DNA of 64,000 bases from Rhynchobatus australiae (lineage: Eukaryota), in contig JAUZTB010000048.1 of assembly GCA_034780895.1 (NCBI GenBank), forward strand, positions 28,742,058 to 28,806,057, in the 5' to 3' direction. Below are positions 1-13,263 of the stretch, piece by piece. Numbering within the stretch: position 1 is the stretch's first letter; each line of letters starts with the position of its first letter. Under the pieces are notes generated by a model. It worked only from the letters and a program-made list of their open reading frames with translations. It had not been told where the DNA came from and ran no database searches. The position numbers and the translations under genes are program-made.

Positions 1-337
1 CCCCTCCCATCAGGCAGAAGATACAGAAGCCTGAATGCACGTACCTCTAGGATCAAGGACAGTTTCTATCCTACTGTTATATGACTATTGACTGGACCTC
101 TTGTATGATCAGATGGACTTGTGGCCTTACAATCTACCTCATTATGGCCTTGCACCTTATTCTCTGCCTGCACTTCTCTTTCTCTGTAACTGCAACACTA
201 TATTCTGCATTCTGTTATTGTTTTTCCCTTGTACTACCTCGATGTATTGATGTGATGGAATGTTGTGTACTGATGGCATGCCAAACAAAGTTTTTTGCTG
301 TACATGTGACAATAATAAACCATTACCAATTACCATC
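1..337 (+). mobile_element. Rex1/Babar-clade LINE, 3' end and 3' UTR
   Basis: Begins with the Rex1 C-terminal peptide PLPSGRRYRSLNARTSRIKDSFYPTV, also seen at about 3830-3910. Ends in the gtgacaataataaacc-attacca tail shared with copies at 19.2, 32.8 and 59-60 kb. Confidence 0.9.
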
Positions 338-1034
338 AATTAAGGGATTACGGAGGATCCTGCTGAAACCTGGTTGTTCTCAGAAATTCATCTCCAACCT
401 CTGTTTGCTCCATGTTGACATACACAAACCTTTTACCACAGAATCAGTGACACAGTCAGATGGATGAGATTGTTGTTTGTTGGCAAGTCTTCCCTGGCGT
501 AAAGCTGAAAGCAGGCATAAAGCCCACATGGACCCTTTCTTCAGTGAGTCACTGCTCTGCTGCAGAACTCAATGGTGAGTCCAACGGATGAGCAGACAGT
601 TGATGACCAGTGCAATCTAGAACCTGCTGAAGCACAAACAGCTGATTGGCAGCCATTCCCTTTGGAACGGCCGACCTTCAGTCAATTCCATTCTAGCCAC
701 TGTTGCTGTTGTAGAAACACGATTGTCAGTGGAAGTTGGCCAAGAGATGGAGCTATTAAGTTAGGTGCAGGAGCAATGTCATTGTTAGAACATGACATAA
801 AAAAGTATTGAATAGGTGGAATGAGTAGCAGAAAGGAAACAGCAGAAGCAAATTGTTTGACATTATATTGCAATGAAATGATAATTGGTGGCTGCTACTT
901 CAAAGTAAACAGACAGATAGAGATCAGAACTAAAAATGAAATGATTGTACCTCCAGCAAGAAATCAGAAATCTTGACACTTCGTGTACCAATGAATGTGG
1001 GCAGATTTGCACTGGATGTTATACAAATGAGGAC

Positions 1035-1211
1035 AAATGCAAACAATCTGCTGCAGGAACTCAGAGTTGAGCAAGTAGCATCAGTTGGTTGGGGGAGGGG
1101 ATGCGGGGAAGGAATTGTCAACATTTCAGATCGAAAACCTGCTGCATCAGAACCCTGAAATAACCGATTATTTGTTGCTGCAGATTCCAGCATCTGCAGT
1201 CACTTGTGTCT
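1035..1211. mobile_element. Penelope-type terminal-repeat remnant, partly inverted (non-autonomous)
   Basis: Left arm aacaatctgctgcaggaactc...gtcaacatttc...gcatcag plus the reverse-orientation end agattccagcatctgcagtc. Same family as 27690 and 30232. Confidence 0.75.
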
Positions 1212-2372
1212 GGACAACTGCAAAGTCATTTTTAAAAAAAAAAGTTCAGGAATATAATCAGTTATTTTCGATATTATGAGAGTGTGACCTATTTTCAAAA
1301 TCTACCGATCAAAAACAGCCCAGTGATGCAGGTCCCACAGTACATCTTTCCTTGATGTTGCAATCTCAGGTTGGAAGATTTGGCATTACTGGACTTTATA
1401 GGAGATTGCACGGGAGCTAAGTCATGGAAACATTCGTGTTGCAGATGTCAGGTGGACTGATCAGGGACAATTACGGTAAAAAGTGAATAGACCCTGAAGG
1501 TTATTTATTATCACCATCTCCTCTATTGTGGGCCCAGTTTCTAAACTGCAAGCAGTTTTACAAAGTTACTCAGTGACAGGCTGGTAACAGAAAGCTGTAA
1601 AGGATGTCATATTAGATTTAATAATTAGCAATCTACCAGAATTGATGGACCAGTCACTTCCAAATGAGGGAATAAGTAGGTTTATTAATCACTCTAGATT
1701 GACTTGATGTTGCAATCGAGGCTGATGATAACATTAAGAATGCAGATGTGCATACTTCCAGGCAGTTCACATACACTGTACTTTCAAGATTCCTATATTG
1801 CCTGGCAGTAAATTTCTAATTGTCTGAGAATGATATATTTCAGGTCCTTCCGATCATTTCCCTATAAAGGAAATTTGGAAATTAATGTAGGCAACCACTG
1901 CTTGTCAAACTGTTGTTATCAGCATCAACAATTAAACATAATGTCTAGAAATCACAAAGGCCTGGAAATTTGATTACATAGTGCAATGTTTTTATGTGCA
2001 CTGAAATTGAATTATATTGGAAGCCTTCCATAAATTGCATTGCAATTCTCCGTGTGAATGATACACATAGGTACGAAGGCTGCTGAGTGGGCATATTACG
2101 ATCAACTGGCAACATACAAACAACATTACCTGTGGGCTCTTTTACCATCCACTAATGAACTCATGGCCTATAACCTATAATGCGAATCTTGAAATTGGTT
2201 TTAAGGTCTACTCCGACATTAGTTAAAGGGCCCAACCTAGCCATTGCCGGGGATTCCAGCAGAAGAAATTCTCCAAGGATGAGTTGATCTTCCTTGGTGT
2301 GAGTTCCCATACAGGCGACCCCCACATTACAGAGGAATGTGCTCCTAGCAAACAGCTCATATTGCAATTTAG

Positions 2373-3942
2373 CAGAGATACCAACAGACAATAACAGTCC
2401 AAAATCGAGTCCCAGACCAGCCGTTGTTGTTTACAGGGCTTACATGCTACAACTACAAAATGAAGTTGGACAGCATTGCCAACAAGAGCGCATCCCTTCT
2501 CGTTGAGCTTAAGGCATTCGATGCACGTTTTGAACAGAAAGGGATTGGTATGTTACCACCCACCCCGATAGCCTCCAATGTGCCTGAACCCATGGTCACC
2601 GTTGAGGACACAAGATCAGTCTCCCAGAGAGTGAACCCGCAGAAAACATCTGGCCCGGATGGTGTCCCCGGTCATGTTGTCAGATCCTGTGCAAATCAAC
2701 TGGCGGGGGTATTTGCAGGTATTTTTAACCTCTCCCTGCTTCAATCTGAGGTTCCCATCTGCTTTCAAAAGACCATTATTATCCCAGTACCTAAGATAAA
2801 CAAGGTAATGTGCTTTAATGACTACCGCCTGGTGGCTCTGACATCCACTGTCATGAAGTGCTTCAAGAGGCTGGTCATGGCACGCATTAACTCCAGCCTC
2901 CCAGACAACCTCGACCCACTGCAATTCACCTACTACCGAAACAGATCTACAGCGGACACCATCTCCCTGGCACTACACTTATCTCTGAAGCAACTGGATA
3001 GCAAAGATACCTAACGTTAGACTATTGCTTACTGACTACAGCTTCGCCTTCAATATGATAACTCCCAGCAAACTCATCTCCAAACTCTGAGACCTGGGAC
3101 TCAGAACCTCCCTTTGTAACTGGATCCTTCACTTCCTGACCAACAGGCCACAATCAGTAAGGATAGGTTCTTGTTAGGCAGGCCATTCATGTTAACACTG
3201 AGTACAAACCTTGTTAACCATTCTTGAACCCACGGCTGGGATTCACAAGTTTGCAGATGACACTACCATAGTGGGTCATATCTCAAATAACAGAGTCGGA
3301 GTACAGGAAGGAGATAGAGAGCCTAGTTACATGGTGTCATGACAACGACCTTTCCCTCAATGTCAGCAAAAGAAAAGAGCTGGTCATTGACTTCAGGAAG
3401 TTTGGGGGGGGGGGGGCAGTGCACACACTCCTGTTTACATCAATGGTGTTGAGGTCGAGAGAGTTGAATGCTTCATATTCCTAGGAGTGAACGTCATCAA
3501 TAACCTGTCCTGTTTGAATCGCATTGATGTCACGGCCAAGAAAGAACACCCGGACCTCTACTTCCACAGGAGGCTAAAGAAATTTGGCATGTCCCCTTTG
3601 AACCTTACCAATTTTTAAATCGATGCACCATAGAAAGCATCCTATCTGGATGGATCACGGCTTGGTATGGCAACTGCTCGCCCAAGAAACAGCAGAGAGT
3701 TGTTAACACAGCTCAGCACATAATGGAAACCAGCCCCCCCTCTGTGGACTCTGTCTACACTTCTCGCTGCCTTGGCAAATCAGCCAATGTAATCAAAGAT
3801 CCCACCCACCTCGGACATTCTCTTTTCTCCCCCCTCCCACTGGGCAGAAGATACAAAATCCTGAAAGCACATAACACCAGGCTCAAGGACAGCTTCTACC
3901 CAACTGTTGTAAGACTATTGAATGGTTCCCTGGTACGACAAG
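2373..3942 (+). mobile_element. 5'-truncated, disrupted Rex1/Babar LINE reverse transcriptase
   Basis: ORF 2424-3014 has GPDGVPGHVVRSCANQLAGVF...IIPVPK...NDYRLVALTS...LDPLQF. KFADDTT lies at about 3247, then KELVIDFRK and WYGNC. Contains stops and frameshifts, and runs into an N gap. Confidence 0.95.
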
Positions 3943-5089
3943 NNNNNNNNNNNNNNNNNNNNNNNNNNNNNNNNNNNNNNNNNNNNNNNNNNNNNNNNNN
4001 NNNNNNNNNNNNNNNNNNNNNNNNNNNNNNNNNNNNNNNNNNNNNNNNNNNNNNNNNNNNNNNNNNNNNNNNNNNNNNNNNNNNNNNNNNNNNNNNNNNN
4101 NNNNNNNNNNNNNNNNNNNNNNNNNNNNNNNNNNNNNNNNNNNNNNNNNNNNNNNNNNNNNNNNNNNNNNNNNNNNNNNNNNNNNNNNNNNNNNNNNNNN
4201 NNNNNNNNNNNNNNNNNNNNNNNNNNNNNNNNNNNNNNNNNNNNNNNNNNNNNNNNNNNNNNNNNNNNNNNNNNNNNNNNNNNNNNNNNNNNNNNNNNNN
4301 NNNNNNNNNNNNNNNNNNNNNNNNNNNNNNNNNNNNNNNNNNNNNNNNNNNNNNNNNNNNNNNNNNNNNNNNNNNNNNNNNNNNNNNNNNNNNNNNNNNN
4401 NNNNNNNNNNNNNNNNNNNNNNNNNNNNNNNNNNNNNNNNNNNNNNNNNNNNNNNNNNNNNNNNNNNNNNNNNNNNNNNNNNNNNNNNNNNNNNNNNNNN
4501 NNNNNNNNNNNNNNNNNNNNNNNNNNNNNNNNNNNNNNNNNNNNNNNNNNNNNNNNNNNNNNNNNNNNNNNNNNNNNNNNNNNNNNNNNNNNNNNNNNNN
4601 NNNNNNNNNNNNNNNNNNNNNNNNNNNNNNNNNNNNNNNNNNNNNNNNNNNNNNNNNNNNNNNNNNNNNNNNNNNNNNNNNNNNNNNNNNNNNNNNNNNN
4701 NNNNNNNNNNNNNNNNNNNNNNNNNNNNNNNNNNNNNNNNNNNNNNNNNNNNNNNNNNNNNNNNNNNNNNNNNNNNNNNNNNNNNNNNNNNNNNNNNNNN
4801 NNNNNNNNNNNNNNNNNNNNNNNNNNNNNTGAAGAAGCAAATCCCACAAGTTAACAAGTCAATTGACAAAATTTGATTGAATTCTCAAAAGATATTTGGT
4901 AATGTTCCATCTGTAAGCCTTTTATATATCATTTAGATCCATGGAATTCAGAGCTAACTAGATAACTGTATAGAAACTGGGTCCACAATAGAGAAGAGAT
5001 GGTGATAGTAAGTAACCTTCAAGTTTTGTTCAAAGTATGATAAATATTGCAGCTCCACCAAAACTGATTCTGGGTTCTGGGTTGTTGAC

Positions 5090-5520
5090 ATAACAATGCA
5101 AAACATGTTGATGCTGACAAGATGATACATGATCAGGTGATGAATCAGAGGAGATTGATTATATTCAAAAGGATATGGATCAATTAAGTTGATGTCCAAA
5201 TGAATAGGATATTGATTTTTAAACAAGATAAATGTAAAATTATGCATCCTAGAACATGGAACAGTAAAGTTTAATACATGAATCAGCGATGTTCATTATT
5301 ACAGAAGGGACTTTGGTATGAGTATTGATTGTTCACTGAAGCAACTCAATCATTGTGATACTGTTACCATTGAGGCAAATCAAGTAATTGTAAGAACATG
5401 ATTATTACTGTAACAAATAATATAGGTCATCAGTGATGCAACATTTGGAATATTTCACTTAATTTTCAACTCTAATGAGGGAATAGTTTGACAAGCCATC
5501 AGAAAGTTCTAAATTCTTTT
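5090..5520 (+). mobile_element. Old CR1/L3 RT fragment
   Basis: Degenerate FKQDKCKIMH (cf. FNxxKCKVMHLG) at about 5218, followed by RDFGM.IDCSLK...HC...EAN (cf. RDLGVxVDxxLxxxxHCxxxxxKAN). Confidence 0.65.
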
Positions 5521-8099
5521 TGTAGGGAAATGATCAGAAGATCCTGAAAATAATACTCTTACACATTTCAGAATTTGCTGTTAGATATCAGGGTCGATAG
5601 TATGCAATGTGAGCATGTAAATGTCTGAAAAGGACACTTACATCACTTCAAGGTGTCCTCCTTTGCAAACTGGCCTTCATCCGAAAAAGAAAGTTAGCCT
5701 GACAATTTGTAATACTAGCAGTTAATCCAGTTTAGGCCAGGATAGTTTCACACTGTGAACTTAAACTGACATGACATCTGCTCCTGGTCTGTGTGTTTTC
5801 TCACAAAGTACGATAAACAGTTCATCATTTCAGACTTTGCAATTTGCAGAACTATCGTAGCCAAGTTTACGTCAGAGTAACGTCCACTTCAGATTTATTG
5901 CAGTGAAACCAGGCAGTATAAATACAGAGCTTTGGTTATAATTTCCCTGAGCAGTAATCCTGTCACAGAATTATTTGGAATTCAGCAATCACATGTCTCA
6001 AGTAAAATACCAATTCCTTGCCTTTGTACATATATTCCTCTTTCAACTTTATTCTCAATAAAAGAGAACTAAGCAATCAACTTAATAATATCTTATTAAC
6101 ATTCCCTTCCATCATGAAGCTATTCTTACTACTAATATAAATCAGCTGTCTTTCACATTAGTTCTACAGCTAGTTTAAAAATAGCTTGGACTTTGTTAGG
6201 ACAACCAAGCAGACCCCAAATTTCCACAATCAGTGTTGGCATCCTTAGCACATTGATTATGCTGGTGACCACCAGGAGAGCAGAGCTCAGACTGAAACAT
6301 ATTTGATTCTGGGATGGATCTCAACCAAGTGGCAGGAGGTCAGATTCTTTGGGAGGGCTCAGCTGCTGCATCTTATTGTTTTAAAGCCCCTGAAGGTAAA
6401 TTATTTACTGTTTTAAAGGAAAGCATTATGAATCTTTAAGTGCCCACCTGTACTTGCCATTCTCACTGGAAAAGCCTGTGAATCCACTGTTGAATTTAAT
6501 TTAAAATAAAGCTGCTGTTTTTTTACTTAAATATGATACATTTTGATGCAAAATGTAAAATATTTTCTTGAATACTTGAAAAGTCCCTGTAGAAGAAACA
6601 AAGTTATCTGAAACCGGAATGCAGAAGGTCTATAATTTAACATTAATCTGCCCCTGCTTTTTTGAAGATTGGATTCCTGCAGACTCAAAGAAGAAATAAA
6701 TGGAAATAGAAAATAAAATAGTTTACAGATGATCATAAATTTGTTCTGGTGCCCTCAACTACAGTTGAAATTCTTCTTCATAAATGCCTTTCGTAACTTT
6801 TGATGAATGATCCTTTAAAGACAAAGAATACCAAGGAAATTTTTAAGAGTGGATTTGGCCCAGATTTTACAGTCACTGGCCTACTGCCCATTCTTGTTGC
6901 CTATGACTGCCAATTACTTGATTCAGAGGGTTGATCTTGCTTTTCCCAGAATAGACTGATGAAGCTCTGAATGATAGCAAGGCCTTGAGTAATGTAATGC
7001 TGTGATTGGGGCTGGCAAGGGCAAAATTTCTCTTTTGAGCCATTGACAACTAGAAAAGCTTTGACACCAGTTTTGCTGGCTGTCAAAGTTCTTAGGATTT
7101 ACCCAGGAATATCTCTGACTATCAACCACTTTGAAACATTAATCTTTCACAATCACATGAATCTCATTGTAAAACTGCCTAAGATTATTTTGCAATTTCT
7201 GAGCCGTTCGTGATAAAATAGTGTCTTTAGTCTTTACAACCTCTATCTCACCTTGACAATTTTACAATATAGAAATCAATTGGTCTAAGCCAGTGAAATA
7301 ATTCATCAATAGATTGAAATTCTAAATGTGCACAGTTACCAGATTGTCACAGCCATTGTTGAGCAGCATGGGTATTAGAAAGTGCAGAACTCAGAGATTC
7401 TTCAAAATTCAAAAAGATCTGCCTGAATGCATGAACGAGAATAATACGGGTCAGCCTGATACAAAGTGACATGAACCTGAGCAGTGGAATGATTACATTT
7501 CCAACTACTGACAAGGTTATAAAGCTAGAACTGGTACTTCTCATCATTTATCCTGATCAGCCAAAATGATGGGAATAATTTTGTATTTGCATACAAAAGC
7601 CATTCTATTTTATTTAAATATGTCATCGAAAATAAGAGATAATTTGAAATGTAAAATAACATCAAAAAAGGAAGGAAATAATTTGTACATTTGACCATGA
7701 GAAAATTGCTGAAAGAACATTGTATACTATTCTGCGCGTTATGTTTATATCAGTGGATGGAGATTGAAGATATGGCAATCTAATGTCTAGTGAAGGGTGT
7801 GGGGCAATATTTTTTATACATAGGCTGTAAAATTCTGCTGAGTATTGACTGTTGTCTGGACATTCTAGGTAACCACTAGTGTCCGAATTGGTTTCTTTGT
7901 GTGTGTGCAGATCTGTATCACAAATCACGTGGACAACTATATCAGGAAGGACACAGTTGCTGGGAGGACCATAATCCCAATCAGATTCCAATGCTAATTA
8001 AATTCCAGCACTGCCATCTTGGTCACCTCAGTGATGTACGTAATGTAGCTGAACAATCTTAGACAGGATCCTGAGACTTCCCATGTACTTGACAGGCAG

Positions 8100-8986
8100 G
8101 GTGATTGGGAAGTTGATCACTCCTCCTGATGTTACTGAATGGCCAGTCGTTGAAACCCAAGGTACTCAGTGCCTCGTGGATGTTCCTTTTCCATTTTGAG
8201 CAATCACGGACCTGGGATTTTCAAGAGTTGGTAAGGATGATACATTTATTCAAGGAGACTTGAAGAATGTACTTGAAGCATTTTCACTGTTTTCCTGGAA
8301 ATAGCTTCATGTTTCAAAGCTTGCAGTAAAATGCATGTTTAGGAAGTGTGGTGTCAGGCTGTGAATGCTATGGCTCACCCCCTCCAGCTGTAGATTTTGG
8401 TGGGAGCCTCAATGCTAGGGATGTTTTCCATACATTCATGACAGAAATACCTCAACACGTCTTCTTTGAAGGTCATGTTGTTTCGGTGTTGTCAGCTGTT
8501 GCATGGTCTTTTCAAACCCTCGCCAGGCTGTGGTAGCACAAAAATTATGGCATATAGTGTGCTGCGGAATGGAGTCTATGACACTTGCGTTGAAAACAGA
8601 CTTTCAATTGAGGAGATCTTCAAAGTGCCCCTTCAATGTGTACTGACTTCCTCTTTGTCCATGATAAGCTATGCTCCATTCCTGGCTCTCAGGAGATGGT
8701 GGGTCCTTTTGTGCTCTGCCGTAGAAAGCACTGAAGAATTTATATATGTTGTGGTCATTGGGTAACTGCTGCATTTCTTGCTCACTGTTGGCTGCATTGG
8801 TTCTGCCAGCACTGGTTTCAACACAGTGTTGGTTTGAGGAGAGTAATATTTCCAGGCTTCTTCAGAGTTTGCCAAAAGTACGGGGAGTGGTGTGCCAGGA
8901 AATCAGAGTTTGTATTGATGTCAAGGCCATTGCAATATTCATCTGTTCTCAGACTTGGGTGCTTCACAAATTGGTCCAAATATCAT
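8100..8986 (-). mobile_element. RTE/BovB-type LINE fragment with internal deletion
   Basis: Minus strand gives QEMQQL...FFSA...LIMDKEEV...HFEDLLN...SVIDSIPQ (pre-RT region), then SIEA...PDTTLPK...FK.ILQVSLNKC...SKWKRNI (post-RT region). Confidence 0.75.
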
Positions 8987-9829
8987 NNNNNNNNNNNNNN
9001 NNNNNNNNNNNNNNNNNNNNNNNNNNNNNNNNNNNNNNNNNNNNNNNNNNNNNNNNNNNNNNNNNNNNNNNNNNNNNNNNNNNNNNCTATTCCTATTTTC
9101 TAGGACTCAGCCCATAACTTTCTGCAGTTTTTGGTTATTTGAAAGAAGAAAGGCATAAGGAAAGGGCGTGTTGTAAAGAAAGGTGGGAAATAGAAGGTAC
9201 CTCATCTGCAGCTTATACATTAGAAGAAATTTAATAACAGGGGAACAAGCGGTGTCATCATTAATCACGAATTCTGTTACGGGTGCACCAATGCAATACG
9301 AATGAGCAATCAAAATCATGATCTACTTGTCTAGGAAGGAGGATGATGCATTTCGGGCAAGTTATTTTGCACTCCTGAACCAGGAGTACATCACAGGGCC
9401 AAATGGGGTGAGGTGATGCAGCCACACCTATTGCCCATGGGTTATCTGCTGCTGCCTTTTGTTATGCATGTATGTCCTGCGAGAGAAAAAATGTGCAGTC
9501 AACAACACACAATGTTTTGAGCTGATGTAGCTGGTATGATTGAATGTCAGGCAGTGTGCAAGTTGTGAGCTGGGGATAAGAGCCTTACAGCTGTGATAAG
9601 AGGGTGAGTTGATGCATGTGAATGAAAGGTTTGAACCTCTGTTGATAAAGCTAGTTGGTAGGTGACTGATGCAGTTATAGTACATTAAGCTGAGACTGAG
9701 GCTAGTGCTGCGTTTGGTTGCATATTACCATTGACCTCTAAAGCTGTCTCCTCTTCTTGCCTTTTCAGCATTTGCCTGCATCACTCCTGGCCTTTTGAAT
9801 GCAGGCAATTCCAACCACACAACCAAGGT

Positions 9830-10120
9830 ATAAAATAAGATACAAGATATCTTTATTAGTCACATGTACATTGAAACACACACATAGAGTGTCCTGGGGG
9901 CAGCCCGCAAGTGTCGTGGTGCTTCCGGTGCCAACATAGCATGCCCACAATTTCCTAATGTGTACATCTTTGGAATGTGGGAGGAAACCGGAGCATCCAG
10001 AGGAAACCAACACAGACACGGGGAGAACATACAAACTCCTTACAGATAGTGGCCGGAATTGGATCCAAGTCACTGGCGCTGTAATAACATTACGCTAACC
10101 GCTACGCTACCGTGCCTGCC
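9830..10120 (-). mobile_element. tRNA-derived V-SINE (HE1-related), near full length
   Basis: Minus strand has a tRNA-like head (ggcacggtagcgtagcggttagcg...) and the V-domain gagtttgtatgttctccccgtgtctg...ggtttcctc...gctccggtttcctcccac. Confidence 0.9.
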
Positions 10121-11114
10121 GAGTACAGTGCCTGAAAATGATGCAATCCACACTCTCCTGTCTTGTGCCTTGAGTCCTTGCAAATTGTAGTCCCTTACTT
10201 TCATTACCTCGTGCAGCTATCATGCACCTCACTATGATGAGGCTTGCTCCAAGCAGTGATATCGATCAATTAGAGGTGATTGACACTCATGAAATTGGGC
10301 TCCCTGCTGACGTACTAATCAACTTCACAGCAATCAACTTAACTCTGGCTGGATACCACAACTGTGTTAATGAGCAGGCAGCAGTAAGTTAGTGCTGTCT
10401 GCACTGGATCAAACGCATAGGGTTAATCTCACATTGTGATCCTTGCTCTATCTAATTTATTTCCCATAATGTTTGACAGCAGAATGTAAAGAGTTCTGAC
10501 AATTCAAACCCCCAGTACAATCTTGTTCATTGTGCTAAATTTGTACTAATAATATAAAGCATATTCAAGTCCCCTAATAATGAAATCTGGTTTATCAAGT
10601 CAAACATGGTTCCCTTTATGAGTGATTTGAATGGAAAAGTGGCTCATTCACAAAGCAGATATATTGGCTTTTTTTTGTCTGGAGCTGAGTTGCTAATAAT
10701 TGTCACTAAGGATCCCCTCAATTCACTTGGGCATTGCCCCACTGTCTCTGAGAATTTATACATCTCAAATGTCTGACTAGGCCAGGTCAAGGCATAGTGG
10801 TGCTTTTGTAAAACCTAATAGATGCTGCTGTGACTGTTCATGCATGAGTTAGTTAACTTCAGAACAACCAGCTAATGTTGGCAGAGGAACACTTGAAGTA
10901 AAAGTATGGTTAACCAAGAGAAGGTAACAAGGTAGCAGATGGTGTTATAGCATATTGGCTGGACCACCTGAACAAAGATCTCAGCCAAGGATACAATGAT
11001 TAACTGATTATAGTTAACACCTTTTGTCCTGAAACTAGGAAGTTCTTCTCACACTCCAATAAGATCCCAAATTAGGAATTTGTCTTTTAAATGTAATCCA
11101 AACAGAGATTTTAC

Positions 11115-12040
11115 TTTTTTTCAGGATCTGGGGATTTCTAGCCAGCATTTATTGTCCATCCTTAGTTGAGAAGGTGTGGTGAGCCACCTTCCTGAATCAC
11201 CATAATGCTTCAGGTGAAGGTACTCCCACAATGCTATTGGGTTGGGAGCTCAAGACTTTAGACCCAGCAATAGTAAAGGAAGAGTGATATAGTTCCAAAT
11301 CAAGATGGTGTGTGACTTGGAGGGGATTAGGAAGGTGATGGTACTTCCAAGCACATAGAATCCTTATCCATCTTGGAAGTGCTATTGGATTCACCTGACA
11401 AATAACTGCAGTGCACTTTGTAAACAGTGCACCAACAAGGGAGGGAATGAATGTTTAAGCTGGTGAATGTGTTACAGAACAAGTGGGATGCTTTGTCCTG
11501 GATGTTGTGGAGCTTCTTCAGAGTTGCTGGCGCTGCATTCATCCAGGCAAGTGGAGGATATTTTTTTCCACTCCTGACTTGTACCTCGTATATTGTGGAA
11601 AGATTTTGGGGGTGTCAGCAGGTGAAGGTACCCAGCCCTTGACTGGCACTTGTAGCCACAGTAATTATGTCACAGACGACGAGAGTCATAAAGTCATACA
11701 GTACTGAAACAAGCTACCCAACAGGCCCATCGAAGCCAGGCTGACAATCAAGCACCCATTTATTTTAATCCATTTTGTTCTCCCCACATTCCCATCACCT
11801 CCTCTCAGATTCTACCACTTACTAACATGTTAGGGGAAATCGAAATAGCCAATTAACCTACCGACCTGCATGCCTTTGAGACGTGGGTGAAACCTGTACA
11901 CCTGGAGGAAACCCACACAGACACAGGGAGAATGTGCAAATTCCACACAGAAAGAACTGAAGGTCTGGACCGAACCCAGGTCACTGTGGCTAGTCCAGCT
12001 GAGTTTTTGATCAATGGTAATCCTCAGGTTATTGATGATG
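11115..12040 (-). mobile_element. CR1-clade LINE 3' portion, interrupted by a SINE
   Basis: Minus peptide YPPLAWMNAAPATLKKLHNIQDKASHL and tail aactaaggatggacaataaatgctggc. The LINE sequence resumes at about 11985-12040 after the SINE. Confidence 0.8.
11671..11985 (-). mobile_element. 5'-truncated HE1-like V-SINE nested in CR1
   Basis: ggaggaaacccacacagacacagggagaatgtgcaaattccacac (V-domain, reverse orientation) with CR1-type tail acaggccc... Confidence 0.85.
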
Positions 12041-12264
12041 CAGGATGTTTGTTTGACATTTCAGCTTCTACCTCTGTCTACTGTGTACATTTCAATCTTT
12101 CATTAATTCTCTGCTGAATTTTTAAATCTTGGGTAATCAGAAGCAATTATTATTGATACCAGGCTTGATTTTTAGAAACCTGAATTTTATGGAATAAAGA
12201 AAACATCACAGTAAAGCTTTGCATAGTTTTGATATTATACAAAGGAATGAGTTAAAGTGGGAGC

Positions 12265-12600
12265 CTGTTGGGTAGTATTGTATGCAGATTAAGTTATGGG
12301 GCTAGTCATCCAGAGCCCAAACTAATAATCCTGAAAAGTGAGTTCAAATCCGACCATAGCAATTGGGGGAGTTTTAAGTAATTCATTAACTGAACCTAGA
12401 ATGTAAAGTTGGCACTACAAATGGTGACCAGGCATTTTTGAATTGTTCACTAATGTTGTTTTTGGTAGGAAGTTTACCATATGAGTTCCAGCCGTTTGTA
12501 TGGCTCCAGACATGTCCTCTGAAATGGCCACTCAGTTCAAGGGCAGCAAGGGTAATGGAGTTGCATATTGCAATAAATGTTGGAGTTTGTCCATCAAAGA
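12265..12600 (+). mobile_element. Degenerate tRNA-derived SINE with CR1-like tail
   Basis: B-box-like gagttcaaatcc at about 12340. Its end (ctctgaaatggccactcagttcaagggcagc...caataaatgttgg) resembles the tail of the 11.1 kb CR1. Confidence 0.6.
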
Positions 12601-13263
12601 AAGAAAATCAACCTCTACTATGTATGAAGCAACAATGAGAGCTACTTGAAGAATGACGTGACTTCTATAGGAGAACAAATGCTTCCTTTTGGGGTCTTAT
12701 AAAAACCATTTTTGCTCATGAACATTGCAGAGGAAGACTTAGCATTTCTTATGTCCCAAAGCATATTTTTATTTACTCAGTGCCTGACAGTACAAAATCA
12801 TTAGTGACTAAACAAAATCCTCACCAAACTTCTGTAGCAATAATTAAAATCAAAGCTGCAATAAAATGTTGAAGTATTTATGAACTATTCTCAGTTTAAA
12901 ATCCCCTAAATTATGATGCGTTTTNNNNNNNNNNNNNNNNATTTTAAGGCTTGGCAGATTCTCTGACCCATGTAAACAAAAATGTACTATTCCCTTGGGT
13001 AAATATTTTGAAGCATAGTTTATTTTTTTTAATAAGGGTTGCTTCATATTTCAGCCTCTGAGTAGACTATGGGAGTTTCAAGTTTTGTTAGTTCTCTGAA
13101 AAATGATCAAAATATTGGTTCAAAATTGTGCTTCTTTCTTCCTTGTTTGCTGTGTCCTTCAATGCCATTGTCTGCTCAGCCAACCTGATGACATCACCAC
13201 ACGAGGTTGGCCAGAATCTCTTTGATCTGCCGCCAACAGTGGTGACTGGAAATTCCCCCTTAC

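Noticed and set aside
2161-2345. Faint resemblance of ACMGTHTKED...AGIPG to DEAD-box (eIF4A) motifs
   Set aside because: Needs a frameshift and lacks other helicase motifs, so it is too weak.
3723-4869. Long ORFs of 310-369 aa
   Set aside because: Artefacts of reading through the N gap 3943-4829. The same applies to all other X-containing ORFs.
13179-13211. 8-bp hairpin containing CTGATGA (snoRNA C box or hammerhead?)
   Set aside because: No GAAA/GUC partner, and no properly placed D box with a terminal stem.
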